A stretch of 63,671 nt of DNA, the filler included, from Basidiobolus ranarum (taxonomy: Eukaryota), in NCBI GenBank assembly GCA_040143965.1. It is 23 parts of 23 records of this genome, joined end to end, with 100 filler letters (N's around TTAATTAATTAA, not from the genome) between each part and the next. Parts side by side here need not be neighbours in the genome. Positions count along the whole stretch, not along the records: positions 61,014 to 63,671 come from JASJQH010009968.1; 22 more parts are not named here. One strand, written 5' to 3'. Under the pieces are notes generated by a model, which did not search any database, was not told where the DNA came from, and worked only from the letters and a program-made list of their open reading frames with translations. Both the position numbers and the translations under genes were made by a program. Below are positions 62,483-63,671 of the stretch, in pieces; positions within the stretch are counted from its first letter, which is position 1; each line of letters opens with the position of its first letter.

Positions 62483-63671
62483 TATTTGGAAAATATGGGC
62501 TGTTTTAAGGAACTTTAGAAAAGTGGAGTAGTAAATAGCTTTGTAAGATAATTATGTATTGTCCAGAAATAAAGCATTTATAGATTTTGGTGGAAATACA
62601 GAAAACTAACACTGGGGTTTTGTTCCAAACATCTGTAGGAGTAAAATGAGCTATCTTTGGGGCAATTTGGTTGAGTTTGAAATTGCCAATATGGAATTGC
62701 TAATTCTCACATTGTTCACATATATATAATATATGTTCCAATTTTCAGTTAAGTGATATTTGACTAAGTAATGTTAACTACTTATATGTGATATATGAAA
62801 TAGTTAGGTGTATAAATATAGAAGTAATAAATACAACAAAGACAATAGACTTCAACACTCCCACTCAACCAAATATTCATATATCTTGATCCTGACTTAA
62901 ATCTTAATTCTTCAAATTTTGGCTTGGGTTATGGTTGGGTAAGGATGTTGGCAAGCATGTCCTCAGTTGGACAGTACTGTAGTTGGACATGCTTGTTCTC
63001 AATAGCTTCCCTAAAAAGTGATGTTGAATGTCAATGTGCTTACTTCAAGCATGAAATTTGGGTTTTTAGCTAAAGAAATACAACTTCAATTATCCTGGAA
63101 ATTTATGGTGGGTGAACTTTGAATAGTGCCTAAGTCTCTCAACAGTTTCCTTAACCACATAGCCTTCTTTGTTGTATGTGATGCTGCCATGTCTTCTGCT
63201 TCAGTTGTTGAAAGTACTACGGTGGGTTGTTTCTTCCTATTCCAAGATATGGCAGCTTCACTGTAGAGAAAGGTATGTCCAGTGATAGATCTTCTGCCCT
63301 CAATATCACATCCCCAATCTGCATCACTTAACCCAATTAGATCCTTATTCTCACCAGAATATGTGTATCTTAGTCCCAGATCAATTGTCCCCTTCAAATA
63401 TCTGAAAATCCACTTAACTGCTGCATAATGCTAAGATCCTTGGTTTTGCACATGTTGGCTGACTACTCCCACTGCAAAAGAAATATCTAGTTGGGTTCCA
63501 GTCATAGCATAGATCAAACTACTTACCATTGATTGATAAGGGAACTCAGGGCTTTCAAATGGCATATTTTGAGCCATATTTGGCCAATTTTCATCATTTT
63601 TGATGGAATTTTTGGCTAGTTTCACACCAGGATCCATGGGAGGTGCTACTGGCTTGCAATTCTCCATCCTG
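62483..63671 (-). mobile_element. Copia family B 3' end: RT/RNase H, polypurine tract, 3' LTR (62483-62857)
   Basis: SDADWGCDIEGRRSITG...STTEAE; GAGTGGGAG lies directly before TGTTGAAG. Confidence 0.9.

Noticed and set aside
1-63671. Gene-neighbourhood or cluster inferences, such as toxin plus kinase plus methyltransferase
   Set aside because: Contigs are ordered by length, so adjacency across linkers carries no information.

Overview
This window is not one continuous locus. It is 23 unrelated, size-sorted contigs of about 2.66-2.69 kb, joined by an artificial 100-nt linker (N44-TTAATTAATTAA-N44). The DNA is fungal, with short GT-AG introns, a CON7-type zinc finger, a group III poly-HAMP histidine kinase and a RalGAP-alpha-like gene; the last points to an early-diverging lineage (inference). 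Most contigs are decayed, CpG-depleted, mutually nested transposons: a roughly 5.2-kb CMC/EnSpm DNA transposon with CCCTAACA termini and two divergent ORFs, Ty1/copia elements with half-tRNA-iMet-type PBS, a Ty3/gypsy gag fragment and a PIF/Harbinger-like element. The standout is contig 41663-44330. Its first and last 150 nt are identical, so it is a collapsed tandem repeat or circle with a 2518-bp unit. Closing it gives an intronless 390-aa ORF with eukaryotic expression signals. By eye the protein resembles a Bacillus Cry delta-endotoxin, with a domain I helical bundle joined directly to a domain III-like beta-sandwich and no room for domain II. All family calls come from motif recognition, not database searches.
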